Position numbers and translations under genes: made by a program. Below are positions 52,596-64,000 of a stretch of 64,000 nucleotides of DNA, piece by piece (positions within the stretch are counted from its first letter, which is position 1; each line of letters starts with the position of its first letter). Location of the stretch: assembly GCA_951406725.2 (NCBI GenBank), contig OX597815.1, forward strand, positions 161,510,001 through 161,574,000, written 5' to 3'. The notes under the pieces are model-generated. The model searched no databases. It worked only from the letters and a program-made list of their open reading frames with translations, and had not been told where the DNA came from. This stretch comes from Octopus vulgaris. Its lineage: Eukaryota.

Positions 52596-53876
52596 ATAAT
52601 ATCTTAACCTCTGTTATTTTCTGGAAGCTCTTGGTGGGATAAAAAATTGTTTATAATTCAGTTCATTGAATGAAATGAATGCTAGTAGTTGTGTTTTATA
52701 GTGAAACCTTTTTAAAATAAAATTCATTTTCTTTACATCAAAAGAACTATGCTCCTCAGTGCTAGAAGACATTTCCATTATTATTCTGCAGATTATATGA
52801 CTATATACATCATTTTACCAATGTTACGTTCAACATCATTACCAAATATTGTTCTTGCAATCAAGCCACATGCTGGCCAAAAATGACCTATCTTTGTAGT
52901 GTCTGGTTTCATTTACTTTATTATCATTTCTGTTATATGATAAGAATGACACTGAACTTTAGTACAAAAGTTTAATCATTTCTCAAAATGGCTTTTTTTG
53001 TTTATTATCAGCTCAATCTTTTATAATTATTATGATCTATGTTTTTGAAATTTGTACGTTGGATTATTAAATGTCTCCACTTTACTGGGTACTGAGCCAT
53101 CATTCCTAAGATTTTTGCTTGGACAGTCTCCTTGCTGATAAAATAAAAGTTAAACTTAAAAAGCTGGCTGTATAATATTGATTTCAAATACTGGCACAAA
53201 GCCAGCAATTTTGGTGGAGGGGGAAGATGTAAATTGATTAGATTGACCTCCAGCACTCAACTGGTACTTATTTTATTAACCCCCCCCACACACACACCCA
53301 AAAGGATGAAAGGTAAAGTCAACCTTAGCAAGATTTGAACTTGGAACATAAAGCCAGACGATATGCATGGTAACAATTCTGTCAGCTTGCCATCTTAATT
53401 GGTTGTGTATCAACAAATGTCACAGGTACAAATTATTTTTGACAACTGCTTTTCTCAAACAAGTTCTACCAGCTGAAACTGGATCTACTATTGACATTTT
53501 CGACTCAGCAATGAGTAATAGTTATGTTATCACTTCAACAACTTCCTTGAAATAGATCTATTTTATTTAGGAGTCAATTTTATTTTAGTCACCACCACCA
53601 CCACCACCACCACCATTAACAAAACAACAACAACAACAACATACAGCACAACTGGCACTTAGAACAGGTAACAAGAAACATGCAATTTATTGGCACCCGG
53701 CATATAAATCATTGAACCTAAACCTATGTCAGCAGTAACTAGAGTATAAAATGTAGACACTTTTCATTCTTTTTGCAAAAATTTATATATGTGTATATGT
53801 GTATGCGTGTGTGTGTGTATAACAATTTTTATATATATACACATACATATACATACATATATATAGATACATGTAC

Positions 53877-53957
<81 letters not shown>

Positions 53958-54140
53958 GAAAGGAAAATATATTTTAAACCATGGTTTTACCTTTAAATTA
54001 CAAACTACTGTATACCTTATAGCTAGGAGTATACATAGTGAGGTAATATACCAGTAGTGTCTATGGATACATTTATTCCTTAGACGGTTGAATAACCTCT
54101 AACTCATATTTTGCCATATATATATATATATATACATACA

Positions 54141-54179
<39 letters not shown>

Positions 54180-54220
54180 TGACACACAGACACATGCACA
54201 AACACACACACACGTGCACG

Positions 54221-54274
<54 letters not shown>

Positions 54275-54834
54275 CACACACATATATGGAACATTGTGTC
54301 TGCTGTGAAATGAAGTAAAAACACATCAGATTAAGAATTTTTTTCACTTTGCTATTATATTTTCTTTAAACTCTTAACATATTTACTTTTCTTTTCAAAT
54401 ATTTATTGTTTAAAGCAGGAGTTAGCAACAGGTGAGTTGCAGCCCTTCAGGTGTGCCACTATGGATACTATGGGTCACAGACCTTTCCTTAAACTTTTCC
54501 AAAGTTAATGTATTTGTGAGCTGTTTGAGCAATTGTTGGCTTTTAGACAGTCTTTCATGTTATGATCTGTTCAATATTTTGCTTAGGGACAGAAAATTGT
54601 GGATAGGAGGACTCACAAGGATATTTTTGAATGTAAGATATGATATAATATATACATAAACCACTGGTTACTACAAAAAGAAGTTGCTGACCTCTGGTTG
54701 AGAGGAAACAAAAATATCTGAATAACAGTAATAATCATATTTTCAACTGAATATAGGAACTTGTCAAATAAATAGAAAAATTATTATTTTAAAATCTCTC
54801 AATGAGACATTCAGTAACTCTACTCTAAAGTAAT

Positions 54835-55005
54835 GGTTATTTGCCAACAGAATGTGGAAGTCCAGATTGAGATGAATGTTACTGTTATTTAGCCCCAAGA
54901 ACACAGATAGTGTGTTGTATAGCCAGCTGGTGACTATGTTTCCTGGGGCTAAACAACAGTAACATTCATCCCAACCAGGACTGCCACATTATGCTGGCAA
55001 ATAAA
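54835..55005. mobile_element. Hairpin MITE with about 70-bp imperfect TIRs
   Basis: ttatttgccaacagaatgtgg..gatgaatgttactgttatttagcccca / tggggctaaacaacagtaacattcatc..ccacattatgctggcaaataa. Confidence 0.75.
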
Positions 55006-55114
55006 CTTGTCAAATGTTTTGTGGTTTTACCCTTTCGCATTCAGATTACTCTATCAAATGTGAAGCTTATTTATTCCCATCATTTTAAATAAATCTTTTT
55101 CATTTTCTTTTTTC

Positions 55115-55332
55115 ATTTCATCTAGTTTCAGCTCATGAGCTGTGGCCATGCTGGGGCACCGCCATTTGGTGTTGCTACATAATTTTACTTCATGAATGCT
55201 TTTTTAGCTATTGACATTTGGTGCATAAGAGAGTTTGATGCAGCTGCCCTCATCTGCCTTTCCTGCCACGAAGTTGGTTCATCTAGGACACCTAACAGGA
55301 AGAGGTCCAACTTTATTTTGAGGACCAGCTTT
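55115..55332 (-). mobile_element. Probable LINE 3' end sharing its tail with SINE family A
   Basis: Open frame ...LDLFLLGVLDEPTSWQERQMRAAASNSLMHQMSIAKKAFMK* followed by ggcggtgccccagcatggccacagctcatgagctgaaactag. Confidence 0.5.
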
Positions 55333-56030
55333 ATTCATGCATTATTTCATGGCTTTGAGATTTCAATAATGTTTTTGTTTAATTTTAAAATAATACTGTA
55401 GGGTAGGTGTGAGAGGCTGAATCTGACCAGTTTGAAGATCAAACAGGTAGAATATTTTGGCCAGATATGGCTGGTTTATATACTATAGAGTTAAATTAAG
55501 CATGGACAATCTTTTTCAAGAAGTGGGTGACATGAGACATGCTTCATCATCAGGCTTGCCATACTGTGAAAAATTATGATAAAACGTTATATCCTTCATG
55601 AAATTGTGAGATTCAGAAAGCTTTGCAAGGTTGTAGCTTACCCATGACTTGTCTAAATATTGGTTTCAAATTTTGGTACAAGGCCAGCAATTTTGGTGAA
55701 AGGATAAGTTGATTAAATCAACCGCAGTGTTCAACTAACAATTTTGTCAGCTCACCACCTTGACTTGTCTAAATATTCTTTTCTACTCTAGGTACAAGGC
55801 CTGAAAGTTTTGGGGAGGGGACCAATTGATTAGGTCAATCCCAGTATGCAACTAGTACTTAATTTATCAACTCTGAAAGGCAAACTGGTACTTAATTTAT
55901 CGACCCCAAAAGGCAAAGTCGATCTCAGCAGAATTTGAACTTAGAACATAAAGACAGATGAAATACCGCCAATTATTTCACCTAGCTTGCTAATGTTTCT
56001 GCCAGCTTGCCACCTTGACTTGTTTAAATA

Positions 56031-57290
56031 TTAGGTTGTTTCACATGAAATGCCGCATTTTTAATTACTTGTCATTTCAGTCATTTAAAGACTCAATTAT
56101 GTATACCTTGCAGTTAATCTTGACTCTTTTTCTATCTCAACAATATTGGTACACAAAATTTGTACCCACAGACCTAATGAAAATGAAAACAACCAAACTA
56201 TGTTGAGGGATTTTCTTGTATGAGTACAAACTGGGTCACTCTATGGAATATCTATGCTCTATGGAATATCAAGTGGATCTTTGGTAATGGCTTTGTTGAC
56301 ATCAGAACTGTTCAGAGATGGTTCCAAAGCTCTCATTCAGGAGATGATAGCCTTGAAAATAAACCAAGAGGTAAGCCACAATCAGTTATTCGGCATGATG
56401 GATTAAATGCTTTGGTTGAACAAAATGCAAGAACAAAGGTTTGAAAACTTTCATCAGAACTCCAAACATCTCGCACAACTGTTTTTGGACACCTGTAAAA
56501 AATTGGAAAAGTTAAGAAAACGGATAGGTTTGTTCCATATCAACTGAACGAGATTAAAAAAAACAGACACCTCGAAGTGTATTCCTTATTGCTTTCTCAA
56601 CTGGAAAAAGACCATTTTTGCTTCAAATCATTACTTGTGATGAGAAATGAATACTCTTTGACAACAGAAGAAGAAGAACAGGACAGCGATTAGATGCAGA
56701 AGAGTCACCTAAAATCTACCCAAACCCACCATTGCACCCTAAAAATTTAGTGGTCACTGTATGGGGGTCTGCAAAGGGAGTTATTCATTATTCATTTTTG
56801 CAACGAGGAAAAACGGTAACAACAACATCGTATTGCCAGGAAATTAATTGAATGCATGAGAATTTGAAAAAGAAGCAACCCAGACTAGTGAATAGAGATG
56901 GTCCAATTTTGCCCCATGACAATGCCCATCCTCACACTCCTCAAGCTTAAGGTCCAAAAGTTGCAAAGCCTAAATTATGAGATTTTGCAACATCCTCCTT
57001 ATTCCCCTGATATCTCTCCTACTGATCATCACTTATTTAAGCATTTTGAGCTTTTCATAAGTAATAAACATTCTTAAATAGAGAAGAGGTAATTGAAGCA
57101 TTTGGACACTTTATCACAGGAAAAAGGTGAATTTTTTTTTAAAAGATGGAATATATGACATAGAGAAACGTTAGGTAAACGTCATAAATGAACAAGGATC
57201 ATACTTTGATTAAATAAATCAGTTCTCTAACACTTCTGAAATATTTTATTGTTACCTTTCAAATATGACATTTCATGTGAAACAATCTAA
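56031..57290 (+). mobile_element. Full-length mariner transposon (1260 bp)
   Basis: TIR ttaggttgtttcacatgaaatg / catttcatgtgaaacaatctaa; TA on both flanks. Confidence 0.95.
56177..57213 (+). pseudogene. Mariner DD34D transposase pseudogene
   Basis: RTVQRWF..LENKPRG, FVPYQL, IITCDEK, HDNAHPH, HPPYSPDISPTDHHLF, GSYFD*; multiple stops and frameshifts. Confidence 0.93.
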
Positions 57291-57552
57291 TATTAACTTA
57301 AAGTAAATGCAAAAGTAAGAATGATAGATGCCATCTTTGAATTTTGGCTTTGTTTAATATTGTTTCTATTATATTCTCTCATCATCGTCATCATCATCAT
57401 CATCATCAACATCATCATCAACATCAACATCGTTTAACATCCATCTTCCATGCTAGCATGGGTGGTATGGTACCACAAGAGCTGGCCAGGATGCCCTTCC
57501 TAACACTAGAGCCAGCCAGGATGCCCTTCCTAACACAAACCACTTAGTAGAG

Positions 57553-57795
57553 TGTACTTAGTTCTTTTTTCATGGCATAAGCTCAGGTGAGGTGAGTAGT
57601 GCTTTTTAAGAGACACAGGCACAGGTGTGGTCAGTACTTAGTTCTTTTTTCATGGCATAAGCTCAGGTGAGGTGAGTAGTGCTTTTTAAGAGACAAAAAC
57701 ACAGGTGTGGTCAGTACTTAGTTCTTTTTTCATGGCATAAGCTCAAGTGAGGTGAGTAGTGCTTTTTAAGAGACACAAACACAGGTGTGGTCAGT
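57553..57795. repeat. Tandem repeat of an approximately 80-bp unit, three copies, inside an RTE-tail element
   Basis: gtacttagttcttttttcatggcataagctcaggtgaggtgagtagtgctttttaagagacac..acaggtgtggtca repeated. Confidence 0.9.
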
Positions 57796-59249
57796 TTTGG
57801 CAAGGTTTTTACAGCTGGATGACCTTCTAAAACACCAACCACTTTACAGTGTGAACTGGGTGCTTTTAAGTGACACCTGCACTGACAGGGTCACCAAGTA
57901 CAGCAAGACATTAAAAAAAAAAGTTATGACTCTTATGTCTATAGCTCATATCTAAAGATATGGCATATATATTTTTCATGAATGTGGTAAGAAGTTTGCT
58001 TCCCATTCACAGGGTTCTGAGTTCAATCTCACTGCATGGTACTTTGAGCAAGGGTCTTCTATTATTGTTTCAGGCCAACCAAAGCCTTGTGAATGGATTT
58101 GCTAGATGAATCTAAAAGAAGCTTGCCATATATAAGTGTGCATGTGTGTGTCTCTGTACTTGTCCACCAACACCACTTGACAACTGGTGTTGTCAAGTGT
58201 ATATGTGTATATATATAAATATATCTTTATATTTATGTGTGTATGTGTTTGTCCCTCTACCATCGCTTGACAGCTGGTGTTGGTGTGTTTACATCCCTGT
58301 AACTTAGGAGCTCACCAAAAGAGATCAACAGAATAAGTACTAGGTTTTAAAAAAATAGTTCTGGGTCTGATTTGTTCAACTAAACCCTTCAATATGGTGC
58401 CCCAGCATGGCCAGGTCAAATGACCGAAACAAGTAAAAAATAAATAAAAAATAAATATATTTGCAACAGTGTTGGATCAAAGATGAAGAACCAATATAAA
58501 GAAGATTAAATGTTCTGGAAACTTTAACAGAAGAATAAAAAGTCTATCAGGTTACCAGGCCTCCAAACTGAAATGCTTTGAAAGCTTAGATGACAAAGAA
58601 GAAGGGAAAACAGACTTTGCAGATGAAACTCTTCAGTTCTACCCTTATCAAGTCATTGACTTTTCTCACTAGAATCTTGAAGATTGTTTCAATCAGTCTA
58701 TAATATAACCTGATAACAGCAAGTGTAAGAATATCAATATAGGGGAAGAGTGGGGTCACTAATAAAGTAGCTTATAGGAGAAGGGGTGTCACTAGTAAGT
58801 CATCTAGAGATTTGTTGCAATGAATGCACTATTAGTATTTGTAGATTCAAGGACACTTTTGAAATGAATATATCTCTACTTCAGAATGTGCTCGTTCTTA
58901 TGAAAGAAGTGGATAAACAGGTTTATCAAGGAAGCATTAGAAATGTTCAATAATAAAAGTGCAATTTCTCTCCTACAAGAGAGGAATGTACTTTTAATAT
59001 TGGTTTCAAATTTTGGCACAAGGCTAGTAAGTTTGGGAGAGGGAGTAAGTCAATTACATTGACCCCAGTGCTTAACTGCTACTTATTTTATTGACTTCAA
59101 AAGGATGAAAGGTAAAGCAACCTCAGTGGAATTTGAACTCAGAATGTAAAGTCGAATGAAATTCCACTAAGCATTCTAACAATTCTGTCAGCTAGCCGCC
59201 TTAAATGTACTTGGAATATTGAATTTAACTTCACTAATTACATGTATTC

Positions 59250-59533
59250 AGTATCTGGACAAAATACCCCTCAGGACAAAATCCCCCAAGGACAAAGAAA
59301 GTCCTGCTGAACAAATTTTATGCAGAAATATCAACAAATAAATATTTGAAATACTTTTACAAAATTTCACTTTCCTAAAATATTTTTGTTGTAAAGAAAG
59401 AATAATATCCCAGGGGATATTGACTACCAGTGGGGATTTTGTCCAGTGGGATTTTGTCTGGGGGTGGATCTTATCTGGGGGGATTTTGTCCAGTGGAAAT
59501 TTTTTCCTTGGTGAGGGATTTTGTCCTAGTACC
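59250..59533. mobile_element. Mutator/Foldback-type MITE with modular TIRs
   Basis: Repeated ggacaaaatccc motifs on the left and gggattttgtcc on the right; 9-bp TSD catgtattc / aatgtattc. Confidence 0.8.
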
Positions 59534-61221
59534 AATGTATTCAGCATTCAAAATAATAATTATAGTGACTTTGCCCATGAAATTCCCCAACATTTTATAA
59601 ATAAGAACACTGTATAAGGTTAAAATAATGACATTTTGAGTGTGATGAATACAGTACAATGCAGCTAACCATAATTCCTGAGTAAATATGGTAGGGTAAC
59701 ATGTACCAAGCTTACACCAATTGTTTCAGGTACCTATGTAGTCCCAAACAAACATATACACCTTCTCGATCACTTACTCTCAATCCAGAGAAATATCCAG
59801 GATGCGACGGCTGGAGGATGATAAACATGCTGGTAATCATTATAATTGAGTAGACTGAAGCAATGTGAAATGGTATTCCTTGCTCAAGGACACTATGTGC
59901 TATCTGCACTAGAAATTGAACACATGGCATTAGGATTATGAGCTAAACACTCTAGCCCTCATGCCACACATTAGAACACCTAGGATAAGGTTGAGTTTTT
60001 AATGCAACTATGATAAATATATTGAAATTTGCATTGATTTCAATATCTTTATCTATTCTTCTGATATTTTTCTTCATGTTTGAGAAAGATTTCTTTCCAA
60101 AGAACAAGAATTTGAGAAATTAAGTGTGTTAGAGCTATTCTGATTTGAAAGCATGAATAAAAGGTGTCAGTAAGTTTAATTGTCGTGCTTAACATTATCC
60201 AATATGCCATTTTGAGGAAGGTTTTCCAAAGAATAAGGAATTTGGTAAAGTAAATGTGTCAAAGCTAATCTGAGATAGAAAAGCGAATAAAAAGTAAGAG
60301 TAAGTAAGTTTACTTGTTATACTTAATATTTTCCATCAACGTTTTTACCATTTATGTATTCATAGAAAGATACTTATGCATAGAAACCGATATTATACAG
60401 AAAAAAAAACAACTTTTAAATGCTGTCAGGTAAATTTCAAAGAATGAAAAGTGAATTAGATAAGTTTTGCCATAAAACATGAACCTAAATGTGTTCTATG
60501 TAAGTAACTGTATTGAACTTTATAAGTTGTGATAAAGGATTTGCAGGTTCACTCTTAGCGCTAAGATTATTTTCATTTAGCCCTAACTCAGTCTCGATTG
60601 AACTAACAAGCTATAACTATTACATCTTAAAATCGTGGCCATCCATACATACAGGTATGTCCTTTATGGCCATGCTCCCACCATTCCCTCTCTCAGCTGA
60701 GAAGTCCTTGTCTTGTGAACTCATGGGTGCTGATGCCACATAAGAGCACCCATGTCAGTGTCATATAAAAGCACCCATGTGGTGCCACATAGAGCACTCA
60801 GTACACTCTGTAAAGTGGTTGGCATTAGGAAGGGCATCCAGCCATAGAAACCATGCCATAACAGACAACTGGAGCCTGGCTCATCAGCTCCTGTCAAACA
60901 ATCCAACCCATGCCAGCATGGAAAACAGACATTAAATGGTGATAATGATGATGCTGTATCTAAGACAAAACATTATGGCAGTAAGATGGCAGAATCATTA
61001 GTATGTCAGACAAAATGCTTAGTAACATTTCTTCTGGCTTAACATTCTGAGTCCAAATTCTGACAAGGTCAGCTTAGCCTTTCACCCTTTTGAGATTGAT
61101 GAGATAAATACCACTTAATTGTCAATGTAATTGATTACCTTCTTTCCTTGCAAAAAAATTTCTGGTCTTGTACCTATATTAGAATGGATATCTAAGATGA
61201 CATTATCTTCCTTATTTATAA

Positions 61222-61550
61222 GATGGCTCAGTGGTTAGAGCGTCGAGCTTACGATCGTGAGGTTGTGAGCTCGAATCCCGGACCGGGCTGCGTGTTGTGT
61301 TCTTGAGCAAAACACTTTATTTCACGTTGCTCCAGTTCACTCAGCTGTAGAAATGAGTTGCGACGTCACAGGTGTCAAGCTGTATCGGCCCTTGCCTTTC
61401 CCTTGGACAACATTGGTGACGTGGAGAGGGGAGGCCGGTATGCATGGGTGACTGCTGGTCTTCCATAAAACAACCTTGCCTAGACTTGTGCCTCAGATGG
61501 TAACTCTCTAGGTGCAAACCCATGGTCAGTGTCTGACCAAAGGGGGTCAC
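61222..61550 (+). mobile_element. tRNA-derived SINE family D with CORE-like centre
   Basis: tggctcagtggttagagcg (A box), gctcgaatccc (B box), gtgttcttgagcaaaacactt...ctgtagaaatg; related copies at 21270, 23060, 29815 (-). Confidence 0.8.
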
Positions 61551-62137
61551 CACACCACAAGATGTGGTTTGAACTGTCATTTCAAAAAAAAAAAGTAAAA
61601 AAAAATGAAAAAAGCAAGAAAAAACAAAACTTTTAAATATTCACTTAATATACCTATTTAACCCTTTAGCATTTAAACTAGTCATATCTGGCCCAAACAT
61701 TCTACCTATCATGTTCAAGCTGGCGAAATCTGGGGTCTCACACCTGTTCTAGAATGTCATTCTAAAATCAAATAATTCCAGCATTGAAATCTAGAAGATA
61801 CTAGATAATGCATGATTAATTCAAAACAATGTAAATAAATAAGCAGCAGATTTGACAGAGTTTTCTCAATGCTCAAGAGCTGATCTGTTGTGTTACTGGA
61901 AACAGAAATTCAGAGAAAAGAATACCATTCTGATCATAACCTGATTTTCAATTGAAGGGGTTTTCAGTTATTAACCTGGATCCTCTAGAAGCCATCTAAT
62001 TTGCATTTGTATGTACATTATACATATGTGTACATATAAACACACACATAGTGATTGGCAGTTGGTTCAAACCGGAGATATTACCACCACCACCACCTTG
62101 TGTGCGGATTTGGTAGATAGAAACTGAAAGAATTCTG

Positions 62138-62171
<34 letters not shown>

Positions 62172-63281
62172 CTTTGTCTCTGTATTTGCCCTCACCCGCA
62201 TTTGACAACCAGTGTTGGTGTGTTTACATCCCTGTAACCTAGGGGTTCAGTAAAACAGACAAATAGAATAAGTACCAGACTTTAAAAAAATAAATATTGG
62301 GGTTGATCCGTTCAACTAAAATCCCTCAAGGAAATGCCCCAGCATGGCCACAGTCTAGTGACTGGAACAAGTAAAAGATAAATGATTATTCTACCATGAC
62401 TGACCACATTATCAGATGTTGTTACACATCTCCGGTCACAATGTGCTTTTTGTATTGGTTCAGCCTTCAAATGATGCCACCCTACTGGCTAGGCAAGCAA
62501 GCCAACATTCCCACCAATCGAAAGGGGGACTGGAGCAACCTGAAAAGAAGTGTTTTGCTCAAGAACACAACATGCCACCCAATCAGGGAACTGAACCCGC
62601 AATCAAGCAGTCATGAGTGCAACAACCTAACTGCTAGGCTATATGCCTTCATAAAAGATAAAGGATAAAAGATATAAAAGGCTAAAAAAAAATACTGGTT
62701 TCAGATTTTGGTAGCAGACCAGCAGTTTCTAGAAAGGGGCTAAGTTGATTACATCAACCCCAGTACTCAACTGTTACTTATTTTATTATCAACTCTGGAA
62801 GGATGAAAGGCAAGGTCAATCTCGGTAGTATTCGAGCTCAGAATGTAAAGATGGACAAAATGCTGCTAAGCATTTTGCCTGATATGCTGGCAACTCTGCC
62901 AACTCAGTGCCTTATACAGAAGGGAAATATTGATTTCAAATTTTGGCACAAGACTAACAATTTCAGGAGAGGGGGTAAGTCAATTACATTGACCCCAGTG
63001 CTCAACTGGTACTTTTTTTAATTGGCCCCAAAAGGATCAAAGGCAATGTTGTTCTGAAATGCAGTTAAGCATTTTAATCGACATGCTAATGATTCTACCA
63101 GCTCACCGCTTTATACATAAGAAAATATTAAGATATATGAGTATTGTAGTTTGCTTGAAGCATTGTAATATCAAAGAAGGTAAAAAGAGAGAAAATAGAA
63201 AGCTTCTGACAATGTGGAATGTTTAAGAAAATATTTATATTTCAAGTGCATTGCCAAAAGATGTCTGTTTTCTTTCTTTTT

Positions 63282-63610
63282 ACCTTCTTCATTAAGATAT
63301 ATCTCGTATCCGAGAATTTAGTTTTTTCTTTGCTGAACACTTTCTTTATGATGATGGCATTGATGACTCTGTAGACCAATTCTTGCATAGAAGAGTAGAC
63401 GGCATTGACTGCATGGTAATGTTGGTGGAGAACCTTTCTCTTCTGTCATTTGATTTCTTCTCTTTCTATTCTGGTGGCTTCAAAATTTTTGGTTCTGGTG
63501 GTGATGGAACACTACCACTTGGTACAGTCTTGAGTTTTCGTTCCAAATGATTTAGGCTCAATTCCAGTGGCTTTCAGAGTTGCTTGAGTTGGTCCTTGTA
63601 TATTTCTGTA
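63282..63610 (-). mobile_element. RTE-type LINE extreme 3' fragment with C2H2-like terminus
   Basis: YKDQLK..TLKATGIEP...CSQCRLLFYARIGLQSHQCHH with frameshifts; gaagaag tail. Confidence 0.75.
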
Positions 63611-64000
63611 GATCATATACAATGCATAATCATAAATATCAGTAATCATCAAGAATTTAATAATAATTTATGAAATCATTATTAAAATCATCAAGACAAT
63701 CATTCCTCTTCCTCAATTTCACCATCGTCAGTATCCAGTGTTAGTTTATTTATTATCAGTTCCTCTCTTTCTATAAAAGTGGGATAGACTAAGACATTCA
63801 ATAACTTTCTAAAGCAGCTGTATTCTTTTCCATCATTTTGTCTCATTTGCTGCAGCTAAAGTGAGATGAACTCATTAATCACCTCTAATTTGATTGTCTT
63901 CTCTTTCTTTATAATCATTTTAATCTATTGTAAAAGTATTACAGGTTAAATCTAATTTTAAAGGTCAGTTGCTTCCTTTAAACTATCAAACTTTCATTTC

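Noticed and set aside
61222-61290. Functional tRNA genes at SINE heads (also 18786, 11340-11413, 47752)
   Set aside because: A/B boxes are present but the acceptor stems do not close, and each continues into a repeated SINE body
63282-63610. Host exon on the minus strand (acceptor-like ctacag)
   Set aside because: Frameshifted translation matches an RTE C-terminus with ARIGLxSH

Overview
AT-rich eukaryotic DNA, almost entirely repeats. The dense tRNA-derived SINEs and the (TA)n/(CA)n/(CAT)n/(AAT)n microsatellites strongly suggest an octopus (cephalopod) intronic or intergenic region; this is inferred from sequence style, not from a search. No intact host protein-coding gene is recognisable, and nearly all ORFs in the track are microsatellite or SINE artefacts. 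Real coding remnants are all transposon-derived: a Penelope-like RT/GIY-YIG ORF (7345-8475, -), a second GIY-YIG tail, a full-length decayed mariner, a second Tc1/mariner fragment, RTE, R4/Dong and CRE LINE fragments, and a Helitron helicase fragment. Also present: a solo LTR, hAT-, Mutator- and piggyBac-type MITEs, a non-autonomous Helitron and a 5S rRNA pseudogene. The main finding is at least seven sequence-unrelated type I hammerhead-ribozyme-like motifs. Most lie in small inverted-repeat elements inserted in microsatellites. Across them the catalytic-core 3-8 pair appears as C-G, G-C and U-A, and one sits at the 3' end of a tRNA-headed SINE. All folds were assigned by eye and cleavage activity is untested.
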